Notes: generated by a model from the sequence alone, not told the origin. A stretch of 64,000 bases of DNA from Balamuthia mandrillaris (GCA_031835245.2 JAVKOQ020000018.1:62001-126000); one strand, 5' to 3'. Shown: positions 28,769 through 41,578, counted from the stretch's first letter. Program-made: numbers and translations.

Positions 28769-31650
28769 TTCTCTTTCTCTTTCTCCCGCATTGAGCTCCC
28801 GTTTTCTGCATTCCTTTTCAACCTTGCGCCTAATGAATTTGTAACCTTTTTAAATTGTTGAGCAGACTATTTGGGAACAACTTCCAACAAGGAGACTTTT
28901 GCTCACTTTGTGTTTAGAGATGTGTTCCCTGGTAGCTACATCATCCAAGTCCATCGCGAAGGATGGTGTTGGGAGAATGAAACCTACAAGTTGGATGTAC
29001 GTTTTATCTCTTTGCTGTTGCTGCTGTTTTTCTTTTAAAAGTAATTAATACCTGTATAACATTAGATCAAAGCAAGAGACGAAGACAGCAAAGAAATGCG
29101 CAAAGACTCTGTTGGCAAACTTCATTACGTCACTCCTGACTTTTCTCAAAGCGGTTATCTCCTCAACATAGTCTCCACCCATGACGTTAACTTTCTCTAC
29201 GGAAGCGGAGACAAGGAGAGAAAGAGTTTGGACCTGACCAAAGGACACAACAGAATCTGCCTCCAAGAACCAGGAGTGTATAAGTTCACCCCCAATTCTT
29301 GTTATCGCTTCGAGGAGAACGTATACACATATGATACGGCCTCTCCTCGAATGCTTGAGTTGGTGGCCACTCATTTCCGGTTGGATGGAGCTATTCAAGT
29401 AGAACTTCCTGCCGACAAACAACTGCCAGACAAAATCGAAATCCAAACAACCAGAGCAACTCAAGGAGCTCCATTGGCTGAAGGTTTGTATCCTGTTCTT
29501 GCCTTTATTGTCGATGCTTGCAATCATTCCACGCTGATTCTCTCTCTCTCTCTCTCACTCATAGAAATGATAATTGCAACGCCAGAAAACAAGCCAGACA
29601 ACTCAAACGCCAACAACAACAAAACCAACAATGTTCCTATCGCTCACCTCTTCAACTACAGCTTATGGGTGAAGCTTGGAGAGCAGCTGACGTTTACACC
29701 AAAGCCTGTTAAAGATTTGCTGTTTTATCCTCGCTCGCAAGCCACAAGCATCACCTCCTTCAACGAGTGTCCTTCTCCTGTCCCTACCATCCAAGCTCGT
29801 CTTGGCAAATATCCTTTTCTGTTTTCGTTCTTCCTTTGTTTCTTTTTCTTTGTTTATCTCGAAGTTTTTCTTGACAACACCCAACATTCATCAGTGGATC
29901 CGTCACGCCGAAAGAACATTCTCAAGATGTTTACATCAAAGTCTTTTCTAAGCGCACTGGAGAGGAAGTGGGTAACACCAAGACTTCCTCTTCTGGCTCT
30001 TACACTATCGGACCTTTCTACGATGATGATGAGTATCGAGTAGTACGTCTTTCGTCCTCATATTCTCCCTTTCTTCCTTCTGCCTTTCTTCGTTCTTACT
30101 TTTTCCTTCTCATCCTCATTTTCATACTGGAAATAACAGGAAGCAGAGAGGGATGGTTACCGAATGGTAGACAAACCAGGCGCCTTTGGTAATTTTGTGG
30201 CACACAAGCTGTCAGAAGTGAACGTGGAAGTGTTGGAAATCGTAGACTCGAAGGAAGTTGGTCTGGGTGGCGTTTTGCTTTCACTCAGCGGAGATGCTTT
30301 CAGGAACAATAGTGCTGCCAACGAAGAAGGCAAACTCACTTTTAGAGGTTTGTTGGCAGGCAAGAACTATTTTCTTCGACCAATGTTGAAGGAATACGTT
30401 TTTGAACCAACCACCCAGGTATTTTTTCCTCCGTCGATAGCTTTTCTTTTCGTTCTTTTGATGTCTTCTTGTTGTTTCACTTCTTAATTAACAAATTCAA
30501 AATGAATTTTTTTAAAAAAAAGAGCTTCGCAATTGCGGATGGTGAGTCAAAGAATTTGCGCTTCAAGGCACAACGCGTGGCGTTCAGCTGCTATGGCTCT
30601 GTCAAGTCTCTCAACGGCCAACCTGAAAAATTTGTCAGTGTGGAGGCTTTTGGTCCCAATGTGCGTCTCTCTCTCTCTACCTCTCTTTCTCTTTTTTCTT
30701 ATTTCCTATGCTGATTTTTGTACCCTTGTTAACACCACTCCAAAAACAATGATAGGGAGAATATGAAGAAGCACAAACAGACGTAAATGGCGAGTTTAGA
30801 TTGAGAGGACTGGTGCCCGGCAAAAAGTACTCTCTGAACGTCAAGCTTGCGGGCTCACGTTTGGAGAGAGCCGCGCCAACTGCTCAACAGCTCGAAGCCA
30901 CCAACGGAGACATCAGAGGCATTAGCTTCATTGTCTTCCGCTCTTCTAAGACCACCGAATTGACTGGAGAAGTCATCGCCTCTCCCAGACTTGCTCTTCC
31001 TACCATTACTGTACGTTTTTTTCTCTCTTTTTGTTTTGCTCTTCTTTATCCTTCGCTCTTCATTTTTAATGGTGCTGATGAACCTTTGGCAAATAAAGGT
31101 GGAACTGTATGGCAAGAACGAAGATGGCAAGAATCAACTGCTCCAAAGCGTCCCTCTCGGCGTCTCCAACTTTTTCACCTTCCACTCCTTGCCCAAGGAC
31201 CAACCTGGCCCTCTTACCATCCGTCTCAAGTCCTCCCTTCCCTCCAATCTCCACAACATCGAAGCTGAAGAGAGAACCATCTCCTCTCTCTCCTCCTCTC
31301 CTTCCCACGTTCAACTCTCCTTCAAAGCCACTCCTCGCAACTTGCAAGAGGAGCTGTTGAGCGGCTCTTCCTCCTTCTTTGGCCTTCTCTTCGTGGTGGC
31401 TGCACTTCTGGCCATTTATCATCACAAGTTGGTGTTGGAGTTCGGCAAGGCAGCGTGGAAAGGAGAGCTTTCCCTCTCCACAGTGGCCAACATGTTGTGG
31501 CGTGCGTCGAAGCAAAGCGGAAACGGCAAGCAAAAGTCGGACGCGGATGTGCAGTCCAGCTTCTTGGCCCCTCATTTGGCACGTCACCAAGCTGCTGGCA
31601 AGAGCAAAGGCGGAAGTTCCCGGAAGAAAGGAAAACCTTCTCGTGCATAA
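26296..31650 (+). CDS. NOMO1: Nodal modulator (NOMO, BOS complex subunit) homolog, multi-exon
   Basis: GFGGFVKAS...LDYSLIKVEL...ECAPNGYYFLPIYDKG...GPEGWHF; YFLRPMLKEYVFEP; RVAFSCYGSVKSLNGQPE; C-terminal TM helix. Confidence 0.92.
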
Positions 31651-31666
31651 ACGGTGAACGGTGGCG

Positions 31667-31706
<40 letters not shown>

Positions 31707-31710
31707 CGCT

Positions 31711-31741
<31 letters not shown>

Positions 31742-32065
31742 CCTCTCTCCCTCTCTCCCTCTCTCCCTCTCTCCCTCCTCTATTTTGTTTTTGTTTTCTT
31801 TTTTTTATTTATTTTAAAACGTTCATTTGTTAAACAAACAAACAAAAACAAAGATCTAAACTGCAGTTAAAAAAGATATTCTTTCTTGAGAGTCAAAGGA
31901 AAGAGAGAGAGAGAGCAGCAAGTACACAAGACTTGCTTCTCTCTCGCTGGCCTACCTTCCTTGTGCCCTACACTCTCGGTAGCAAACACACTGCGCAAAA
32001 ACTCAAACGTCAGCAAACCGGCGCTTGGAGCTTGTGGAATAACTTTTGGAAGGTGGGGTCGCCCA

Positions 32066-32480
32066 TCACCTCTTCCCTGCCCATCCTCCCAGATGGGCCG
32101 CGCAGCAAGGCCAAGCCCTGTTTTTTTTTGATACCCATTGGCTTCCAGAACCAAGAAGGGCAGCAACAACAATAGGATAGGATGCCTTATAACACCACAG
32201 CACCCGGCGGGCAGAGTTGTGAGGCTCCACTGTCAAAGGGGAGAGGTGCACTCCCACCACCGCACTCAGGGCACCCTCCGAAATATGCTTCTCATTTTTG
32301 TCGCTGAAGACGTTGTATTCCACCACGCCACATCGTTGTCGAAGAGCCGCTTGGAGTACCGTCGTCTTTCCTACACCAGTGGGTCCCTTCGCCACCAATA
32401 TTCTCCTGGGAACATTGCGGAAAGCCCGAGCTCCTTCTTGATTCTTTCGATAGCTTGGGCACGTGCCGACCGAACTTTAG
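32066..32480 (-). pseudogene. Fragmentary P-loop ATPase
   Basis: Walker A KGPTGVGKTT; upstream RAQAIERIKKEL...PGEY lies in a different frame; stops nearby. Confidence 0.45.
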
Positions 32481-33315
32481 GGCGATAAAACAAGCTTGGA
32501 ACGCACAGCGAGGGATAAGGCCCTTGGATGGGGGTCGCACTTTTTGGGGGTGCTTTCGCACAGCAACCACCCCGCCCAAAGGAGAAAATGTGCCTTTTAG
32601 GGGAGATTTTAATGACCTGTGTAACGCTTACAATTGTTTATACAAACAGGCAGGAGGAATCGGGACCTCAAAGATGGAGACCCCCGTTATGACCAGGTAG
32701 CTCCGTTGTTCGTTTACACATCTTGTCTTTTGCAAAGATAAAGTCAGCTTCTCCAAGGGCGTAAGTCCTGCTTGGCTTTTGTCTTTTGCTTCTCGTGTTG
32801 TGCGAATAACTTCTTTAGGAGCTGGTAGCCTACCAGCTGGAAGCAGTTGACGGCCCGCAGTGCCTCTCCTAGTTGCGAGGACCTTTCCCCGTTGTTCGAT
32901 AATCGTCCGCCAGCACGGGCGCGAGGCTGGACCAAGAGAATTAGGACCTCACGGACCTAGAGAATTAGGTCATAATTCTCTTCGACTCTGTTCTGCCAGA
33001 GTCATCTTCTTGGCTATCTCGTTGCCCACCAAGCTCTCTGCGAGAGTTCTTACCTTCCTTCGCTGACGTTAGGTCCCGCGCTGCTCGTTGTTTGTTGCTT
33101 GTCTCTCTTTCTCTCTGGAAAAAACTTTTTAAGTTACATCCACTTTTTAGGGTACAAGCCGCGGAACACTGCTATGCAAGGAGAAGAAGAAGAAGAAGAA
33201 GAAGAAGAAGAAGAAGAAGAAGAAGAAGAAGAAGAAGAAGAACAAGAAGAAGAACAAGAAGAACAAGAAGAAGAAGAACAAGAAGAAGAAGAACAGAAAC
33301 GGACAGCTCTTACGC

Positions 33316-34320
33316 TTACTCAGAAGGGGTGGGGGTAAAGTTGGCCAGGTCGTAGAGTGCTTCCGTCCTGTCGTCACACTCATAGAGAGTGTCCAACGGC
33401 TTGACAAATTTTTTAAAGCGCTCGTGCTGGTGGGCAAACTCCTTCATTTCTAATGAGTCCATGTCGCCATAGGCTCGAGCGTAACGGAGTACTGTGCGCC
33501 AATACTCCTTGGTCAAGCTTCTGCAACCATTTACTCGTTTGGCTGGCGAAGGACGCTCAGCCATGTCCATTTCACTCTTGAATACTTGGCGTAGGCATCA
33601 GGGTCACTGTCAGAAGCCGCCTTCCTTTGGAATTCGATGATGTCGTGCATGCACTCGGAGTACTTGGGGTGTTTGCGGGTGATATCAGGCCACAGTTGTA
33701 ACCGACCCTGCTCCTTTTCTTTCCTCTAGGTGGCCCACTGTGCGCACACTCCTTTTGACCTCATCAAGGAAGCCTCCCAAAACCCAAAAGCAGGTGCTTC
33801 AGAGCAAGCAAATAGGCAAGAGGGAAGCTCCTCAAGTTTGCAGCTGAGCTGAAGCAGAAGCCTTTGAGTTTTGGGGAGGATGAGAGACGATTGGTAGGTG
33901 CTCTGTTGGAGTAAGCTTGCTGGTTGAAATGTTGCTTCTTCCGGGGCTTGTTGGTAGGATTGAAAGGAATTGAGTTTCTGGTGCTTGTCTTGGTCTGGTT
34001 CCATGGTTGTAGCGGGCATTTCATGTCGGTAGGGGTAACCCGGGTTGGCAGGAGTTCGGGAATAGTAGTGTTGGTTTGTGTTCGTTGGGTGGTCGGGCTC
34101 TGCTTGGCTTGTGCTGGTCAGGCGTCCGTGGTCGGATAGATATATCGTCAGGCTTGGCTCTGCTTCTAGTGCGGTCGTGGTGTTGGCTGTTTCTCAGGTT
34201 GGAGGGGATCGGCGGCTGGTTTGCTTGCTGTTTCTCAGGCTTGGCTCTGCTTCAGGTGTGGTCGTGAGTGTTGCTGGGGTTGAGCGCACTCGTGTCGTCT
34301 GGAGTTGCAATGGATTCATG
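33316..34320 (-). pseudogene. Degenerate coding-like remnant of unknown family
   Basis: Protein-like blocks in shifting frames (LQLWPDITRKHPKYSECMHDIIEFQRK; TKEYWRTVLRYARAYGD...YECDDRTEALYDL) interrupted by stops. Confidence 0.3.
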
Positions 34321-34883
34321 TCGTCATTTTGATGGAAATTTCCTTTTAGTGGAAATTTCGAGTTAGTTAACTTCTTATACATGACGACATGAAATGCGAT
34401 TAATTATCCCTTTTTTTGTGCATTACCTTTTGGTTCAATTACTTTTTCCGTTGGTCGTTGGTAGGTTGATGCTGGTAGGCCGAACAGAAGTTGATAGTTG
34501 TTCCGGCGGGGTCGTAGGTCGTAGGTAGTAGGTAGTTGTTGGGCTGACGGAGAGGGAAGTTGTCCGGCTTGTCGGAGGGCAGGCGCAGGGTCGTAGCGAA
34601 GGCAGTTGTTCCGGCAGCGGGCAAGGGGGAGGGTGGGGTGGAGGAGGACCTTTATGGCAGAAACACAAAAAACAAAAGAAAAAGAAAGTACGGCGTAAAT
34701 GCGGACAAAAAAACATTCAAAGCATAGGAAAGTACCTTGTTTTCTCTGTGGGACGTCATGTCGGCTGCTGCTGAGTATTTATCTGGCTAGCGGGTCAAAG
34801 TTGTGTTGGTGGTGGAACAAGAAAAAGGGGTGAAGGTTCCCAAAAGCTGAGAAATCAGAGGAGAGATAGAGGGGTAACGGGAG

Positions 34884-35177
34884 GGGACGTACCTTGTAGT
34901 CATAATGGCTCGGCATACATAAACGATGGAACGAAGAGGGAAAGAGCGAGAGATAGAGAGAGAGCGAGAGAGAGAGAGAGACGGAAAAGGGATAGGGGAC
35001 GTACCTTGAAGTTTCTTGGCTTACATAAATGATGGAACAAAGAGGAAAGAGAGAAGGAGAGAGAGACAGAGAGGAAAAAGGGGTAGGGGACGTACCTTGA
35101 AGTTTCTTGGCTTTATAACGGAAATTAAACGACGGAGAGCAGAAATGAGGAGGAGGCGTACCTTGTAAACACATTGG
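34884..35177 (-). repeat. Tandem array of intron + micro-exon-like units
   Basis: Minus strand AG|CCAAGAAACTTCAAG|GTACGTCCCC twice (35005-35019, 35096-35110) plus variants at 34893-34908 and 35162-35177. Confidence 0.7.
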
Positions 35178-35207
35178 CATGGTTGGAAAAAAAGGAATGA
35201 TATGTAC

Positions 35208-35243
<36 letters not shown>

Positions 35244-35269
35244 TAGTGATGTTGCTACGGCCTGGCAAG

Positions 35270-35407
35270 TCCACATCCACATCCACATTCACACATCCAC
35301 ATCCACATCCACGTCCACGTCCAAGTCCACATCCACATCCACATCCACATCCACATCCACGTCCACGTCCACATCCACATCCACATCCACATCCACATCC
35401 ACATCCA
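35270..35407. repeat. (TCCACA)n hexanucleotide microsatellite
   Basis: About 22 imperfect copies seen directly. Confidence 0.9.
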
Positions 35408-35469
35408 AAGTCCACTCCTCCTCCACCCCTTCTATCTACATAAGGACAACAAAGAAAAGAAAAGAAAAT

Positions 35470-35760
35470 AAGTGTAGTTAGTCTGCAACAAACAAATGGG
35501 AGGGAGTGAAGGGGGAGGGAGGGGAATGGAGGGGGGGGAGGTGCGGTGGAGGAGGCGCAGTTGACTCAGGAAACGAACAAACACAATTGACCACATACAA
35601 CAGACACACACAAACAAATAGTGAGAGAGAGTTTGTTTTGTTACCACGAGAACAAAAGAAAAAAAAGTGTAGTTAGTATCCAACAAACAAATGGGGAGGG
35701 AGAGGGGGGGGGGGAGGGAGGGGGAGGTTCGAGGTGGAGGAGGCGAAGTTGAACTCAAGA
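35470..35760. repeat. Two diverged copies of an approximately 100-bp G-rich direct repeat
   Basis: aagtgtagttagt...caacaaacaaatggg...ggtggaggaggcg.agttga at about 35470-35571 and 35665-35760. Confidence 0.8.
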
Positions 35761-35995
35761 AAGAGAGAAAGTTAGTGGAGTTGGGTTAGTTGGGAGACGA
35801 CTGAGGAAAGTTCTTCTGATTACATAGACGGCGGTGATCCACGGAAAGATAGAGGAAAGATAGAAAGAAAGAAACAACAAGAACGAAACGACAAGAAAGA
35901 ATATCAGAAAAATAAGAGAAGAAAAAGAAAGGTGAATACCTGGTCGTACCAAACTGTTCTCTGCTCAGGTCTTTCCAAAGTACGTTGGTTGAAGG

Positions 35996-36195
35996 CGTAG
36001 GCGTTGGTAGATGTAGAAAGCGTAGGCGTTGGTAGATGTAGAACTCGTAGGCGTTGGTAGATGTTGAAATCGTAGGCGTTGGTAGATGTAGAAAGTGTAG
36101 GCGTTGGTAGACGTAGAAAGCGTAGGCGTTGGTAGATGTAGAACTCGTAGGCGTTGGTAGATGTAGAACTCGTAGACGTTGGTAGACGTAGAAAT
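35996..36195. repeat. 25-bp minisatellite x8
   Basis: Unit cgtaggcgttggtagatgtagaaag starting at 35996, 36021, 36046, 36071, 36096, 36121, 36146, 36171. Confidence 0.95.
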
Positions 36196-36208
36196 ACATT
36201 CCTGTATG

Positions 36209-36255
<47 letters not shown>

Positions 36256-36391
36256 CAGAGACAGAGACAGAGACAGAGACAGAGACAGAGACAGAGACAG
36301 AGAGAGATCGACGAGGACTCAGCCAGGCATGTAACCCCGCCTCCTCCACCTCAAATACTTACCGTTCCAGTTGCAGATCGACGGACGGACG

Positions 36392-36438
<47 letters not shown>

Positions 36439-36473
36439 GAACAGAGAGAGAGGAAGAGAGAGAGAGAGAGAGT

Positions 36474-37967
36474 CTACGCAGCCCACGGAACCATGTCCAA
36501 CCAATCCAAAAAGAGCTCACGGGCAGGTTGCAAGCGCTCCATGTGGCGGATCGGTTCAAAACACCATGTCAAGGCCAAGGGGGACAATACCATTGCAACG
36601 TTGCTGGCGCTCATCCGGTTCTGGTCCTGCTCGCTCACAACGGCGCGGCCCAGTTGCAAGATTTCTTTCAGCCAGGTCCTACTGCGGTCGTCCAATTGTC
36701 TCCATACCTCTGCGGGGTCCAAGTCCAAGTCCTCAGGTTTCTTCCTTGCGGCGATCCAAACGCTCTCAGGGATGATACCTTCCTCGAATGCCTTGCGGTA
36801 TTTGCTTAGAATGAATCCGGTGATGTCGTGGACGTCCTCCTTGCTCCATTTGATGGTTCGTTTCCGAGCGTCCATGGCGAGCAGTTGGTTTATCCGTATC
36901 TTTCTTCCTGATAGTCGCAAGATTCCTTCGGTTTCTAGCACGTCTGTCTGCTGGAGGACGCTCAGGGCGGCTGCAACGTTCCTCGGTAATGCCTGTTCCA
37001 CTTGGTGGTGGTTCTGTCTCAGGCGGCGGTTGCGCTTTCCGCGGAGGGGATTGGGCAAGACCCTCCTGGCTTCCTTCATAGCCCAGCTCCAACCGCAGCC
37101 TTTGGTGGACCTCTGGGCCTGCTGATTTATCTTCATCTTAGGTGGCTCAGAGGGTGGTAGCGTTTGAGGCTGTGGTGGTTGCGGTGTAAGGGGCACATCT
37201 GACTGCTTGGGTTGATGGAGTTCGGCGGTACTGGCGAGAGGCTTGACTTGTGGTAGATGGTTCCTTGGCTTTTGGGCATCCCCAACGTCATCTTCGGGGG
37301 CGCATTCACGGTGGGCAGGCTCCTCATGCTGCTGCGGTGACAGGGGGGTGGGGTCCAGCCTGAGGCGCTGTGGCTTCTTCTCCTGGATGGCATCGATTGG
37401 TATCTTGAATGGCTGCAGATCATAATCGGAGGGCTGATCCGCTGGGATGACATCCGTTCGGCTGAGGTCATTGCACGCGTCGAGATCGTAGGGAAGGATC
37501 GCGGACGCGTCGACGGCAACTTCCGGCTTGCTTTCGGGCAGGGTCATCTTCTGGTCGTCCAAAACGGCGGCGGGCTCGGCAAGTTCCATGTTCAAAGGGG
37601 CAGCGGGCGTGGCATTGACCAAGCTCTTCATGGTCCAGTGCTTGTGGTCTGCCATTTCCAAAAGGGCGGCAACGGCGGTGATTTCCAAGGTCTCGGTGGC
37701 AACTTCCATGTCCAAACAGGCGGCAGAGGGCTGTTCAATGGGAGCGAGGGGGCATTGGTCTGGTTTACCGGCGGCGGGGGCGGGGGCTGGAGCGGGGGCA
37801 GGGGTGGGGGCGGGGGCGGCGACGGCAGCAACTGGAAGGGCGGCGGCAGCTCTGGGGCGGTGAGGGGCTGGCAGCTCTGGTTCCTGGCGGCTCATGGCTT
37901 CCCAAAAGGCAACCTTCGACTTGACGGATCCAACCTGAAAGATTGAAGGAGAGTGGGAGAAGTTCAT
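36474..37967 (-). CDS. RhoGAP-domain protein with long Pro/Ala-rich N-terminus, intronless
   Basis: TEGILRLSG (arginine finger), DVHDITG, NRMSASNVAMVLSP. Confidence 0.82.
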   Translation of the reverse strand: MNFSHSPSIFQVGSVKSKVAFWEAMSRQEPELPAPHRPRAAAALPVAAVAAPAPTPAPAPAPAPAAGKPDQCPLAPIEQPSAACLDMEVATETLEITAVAALLEMADHKHWTMKSLVNATPAAPLNMELAEPAAVLDDQKMTLPESKPEVAVDASAILPYDLDACNDLSRTDVIPADQPSDYDLQPFKIPIDAIQEKKPQRLRLDPTPLSPQQHEEPAHRECAPEDDVGDAQKPRNHLPQVKPLASTAELHQPKQSDVPLTPQPPQPQTLPPSEPPKMKINQQAQRSTKGCGWSWAMKEARRVLPNPLRGKRNRRLRQNHHQVEQALPRNVAAALSVLQQTDVLETEGILRLSGRKIRINQLLAMDARKRTIKWSKEDVHDITGFILSKYRKAFEEGIIPESVWIAARKKPEDLDLDPAEVWRQLDDRSRTWLKEILQLGRAVVSEQDQNRMSASNVAMVLSPLALTWCFEPIRHMERLQPARELFLDWLDMVPWAA

Positions 37968-38713
37968 TTTTTTTGTTTGTGGTTTCTTTGAGTGTTTGTT
38001 TAAAAGAATTAGCAAAGCGTCAAAAAAGCTTTGAATGAAGGGATAAGGGAGTGTCCGTGAAACGGGTTTTAAAGAATATCAGCGCTGGTAAGAGTGATAA
38101 CAGTTGTGTGAGGGGAGGGTCACAGTGTGAGAAGAACTCGATGTGTATCGTTTCTAGTTGAAACTACAAAATAAAAAAAATATCGTTTTGGCGCACTTCT
38201 AACCGAGCGAAGAGGAGCCAAGCGGTAACGGTCAGTTTTCTTTCCAAATAGCATCTGTTTCACCAACCGCCATCCCGCCTGGAAGCTTCATTGGTCCGGC
38301 CCGTCCGCCTCAACTCCATTCTTCCCCGCTCTCCTTTTTTATTCCTCTTTATCCGCCGACTCGACATCTCGTTCGGATGGAGCATCTCGCATTGGTGGGG
38401 AAAATTCGAAAGGGGACAAAAACGGGGAAAGAGATGGTAAAAAAGGCGAACAATAGTTCCGCTCCGATCCAAACTCCCGCTCGTTTAAAGTTCACGGATG
38501 GATCTCTTTTTTTTTTTTTCTATTGGAGAAGAAAATTCGAATGAAAATTTACGATTGTTCATTAGAGAAGAAAATTCACCCAAGATCGAGCTCACTTCAC
38601 GGGGACATCTGATTTTTTATTGGAGAAGAATTGGCATGACGTGGCAAACGAGCTTTTTTGCGGACTGCCCTGTTTTTTCCGCGTCGTCGTGGAACAAGCC
38701 CAAAAAGAAAAAG

Positions 38714-39161
38714 ATGGACGAAGGAGGACGCCGCAAGCGTTTGCCAGAGATGACCTGGGCTACATTGTTGCTCTTGAACACATCAACTTGAATATTCCTG
38801 AAACGGTGCTCCTTCGAGATATCTCTCCTTTTTTTTAAACAATTAAACGAGTGTTTTCTGTTCGCTCATCAGAAAAAAAAATTGTACAAAGGGACCAGCC
38901 TCTACGTTTTATTTTGAAGGTTTGGGTCTGACCAGGGATCCTTATCTACGAGTGGGAGCGCGTACCATGTGGGCCAACGCTGGATGGCAACAGATTCATC
39001 TTCCTCGTGGGTAAGAAGTGTCTGCCACCAACTTTTTTAATAGGTGTTATTTACTAAGTAACACCTACTTACAAACCCTTTTTCTTTCTGTTGTTCTCTG
39101 CTTCTCTGCTCCTCTTCTTCTCTTTTATCTTCTTCTTCTCTTCTGGTGGTTCTCTTCGCTA

Positions 39162-39249
<88 letters not shown>

Positions 39250-39517
39250 TTCTCTCTTTCTCTCTTCACTTTCCTGTTGCGTTGGTATTGCAGCAATCCA
39301 GCTCAGGTGGTGAGAGGCCACATCGGTCTGATAATGCCGTCGTTGGAGGAGCTGATGCAGCGCTTACGGTCTATCCGCTTTAACCAAGAAACTTTGTTCT
39401 CGTGGGAATTCGTTCCTCCTTCTTCTGGTGATGAAGGTTTCTTTCTTGCTTTACTTGTCTTCTCTTATTCGCTTCTCTTTGTCTCCTGTTCTCTTCTCTG
39501 CTCTGTTGCTTCTCTCT

Positions 39518-39552
<35 letters not shown>

Positions 39553-40287
39553 TCTGTCTCCTTCATTTTCTTTATGCCTTAACATCCGAAGCAAACCCAA
39601 ACAGAATGTTCCTTATCTTGGAACTACATCGATGGTTTCGATCCAACAAAAGAAGGCTACGTGCGAGTAACAGGTCCCTATGGCAACCGCTTCCATTGTT
39701 ACCAAAACACCGCCGCCATCTCCTTCAAAGGCGGCCTTGGCATTGCCTAGCTGGAAGAAACTTGTCAACGTGGAACGGCCGCCTCCATCGCCCGTTTCTA
39801 CTTGCATCACTTTGATGCTCCCACTCAAGTTGTTCCGTTACCCTGATCACCAGCGGAAGAAGGAAAGAAAGAAGAAGATGGATTGAAGGTTGCCATCATT
39901 CGAGTTGGGACGAATCCACGGCTTATCTTTAGAGAGGGCGAAGCAGAAGATGAACGAAAAGATGATTCAAAGTTGGGATACCATGTTTGTATTTATGTGA
40001 CTCGGTTCTCAAAAGTCTACGAAAGTTTTCGCGCAGCGGATCTGCTCTTCAGTGAGAATCGGTTCGACGATCGCTATGACACCTTGGAGCAGGCTTTAGA
40101 AGCTCATCAGTTTCGCTTTGCCAAGATCGTCAGCACGAACGAAGATGAAGAAGGAAAGAAGAAGAAGAAAGAAGACGGAGCAACGCTGCACGCGTTGGAG
40201 CATGAGGTGAGGTCGTTGGGGCACCCGTCGTTCATGCGACCGCTGGTAAATCGTATTGGTACCACTGGCATTTATTGCTCGCAGTAA
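38714..40287 (+). CDS. Glyoxalase/VOC-superfamily-like protein (multi-exon; apparent 1-nt frameshift near start)
   Basis: IVALEHINLNIP...FYFEGLGLTRDPY...MWANAGWQQIHLP...GHIGLIMPSL; ATG 38714 is out of frame by one base at cgtttgcc. Confidence 0.6.
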
Positions 40288-40533
40288 AACAAACACGCGT
40301 TTGCCATTCCCATCCCTTTTTTCTTTTATTTTTTTCTCTTTACATGCATTTAAGACTTAGGCTTCCAACCCATCACCCTTCAGTCATCGATGTTACACAA
40401 GGTCCTCTCTGCTGCTCCCATCTCCTTCCCGCCACAACGAGTGCAGCATGCGCCATGCTGAATAAGAAGAGGAGCATCGAGGAACAGGAGCAAGAGCCAG
40501 ATAATGTTGCTTTAAACAATGCAGAACGAGCAC

Positions 40534-41578
40534 TTAAGGTAAAAGTTTATGGCGTTCTGCAAGGCAACAAGATGGTTGGCCACAATCCTTGTGCGTCCTA
40601 CACTCACCGCGTGGCATCTCCTCCATTTTCAGCCAGACGAATCGTTGTTCCTCCAACGCTTGCAGCTGCTGGGTGCGCTTGGTGACCTTTGCCAGAAGAA
40701 ATGCTGGGCTGGAAGTCTGGGCCGCTTTGGAACGAAGGTACCATGCCTTGTTGACGATGGTTGCTGCCGCGAATGACTGGATGTCCAGCATGGCAAGTAT
40801 TTCAGTCCACAGCTCCTTTGGCAGAACGTCATCTTGTTCTTCTTCGCGCATGAGACGAAACTCGTGTTCCTTTAGTTCATGTTGTTCTTCATTGTGTTGT
40901 TCTTTTTCTTCTTGAGTTGCTTCCGTTTGTTGGCGTTCCGTGAGCAGAAGAGAGATTTGTTCTTCGATGCTTTGCAGACGTTGTTGCAGATGGGCCACAT
41001 ACCCTGAATAAAATGAAGATGCAGCTGCAGAAGGGAAAGAAGGAGCATAAGATGATGACGAGGAAGAAGAGTTTCCGGCATAAAGTTGAGTCCATTGCCA
41101 AGCTTTGTAGTCATACGCAAAGGGATCCCTTTGATACAAGGAGAATCCTTCTGTGTCGCTCACAAAAGCCAATCGCAGCATCCACTGAGGGTACTTTAGG
41201 GCCAGCTCTGCCAGTTGCAGAAGGGTTCCGACGCCATAGTACGGAACCCAATCGCGCCAAGAAGAAAAGCTTTGTCCTGAGGTGTTTGCTTTGTTTTTCC
41301 TATTGTTAACAGACCATAGCATGATGTGACTCACAAGCTAAACGTACAAACCATTATAAGGGCCAGCAAACATAGAGAGTATTTGTGTCTTAACACATAC
41401 TTTAGGCGACTGAGAAGAAGAAGAAGAAGAAGAAGAAGAAGAAGAAGAAGAAGAAGAAGAAGAAGAAGAAGGAGAACAAGAAGAAGAACAAGGAAGAACG
41501 AAGCCTTCCGCAAGCCCTTATCGAGATGGGACGTTTGTTGTTCAGCTGCTCCTGCCAATCGACCATTATCCGTTTCAT
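40534..41578 (-). CDS. F-box protein with coiled coil and C-terminal Cys/His cluster
   Basis: VLPKELWTEILAMLDIQSFAAATIVNKAWY F-box; ECRTHKDCGQPSCC terminus; 5' exons uncertain. Confidence 0.6.

Noticed and set aside
32929..32976. 24-bp imperfect tandem duplication (ggacc.agagaattagg)
   Set aside because: Only two copies with no associated ORF or structure
35270..35407. Interstitial telomeric repeat
   Set aside because: (TCCACA)n does not match telomere repeats I know for amoebozoans; treated as an ordinary microsatellite
35996..36195. CRISPR-like array
   Set aside because: Units are head-to-tail with no unique spacers; eukaryotic context; no cas genes
38714..38750. Programmed frameshift in the VOC-like gene
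   Set aside because: A single missing base in a short T run with no slippery heptamer or structure; similar 1-bp losses elsewhere suggest assembly error or decay
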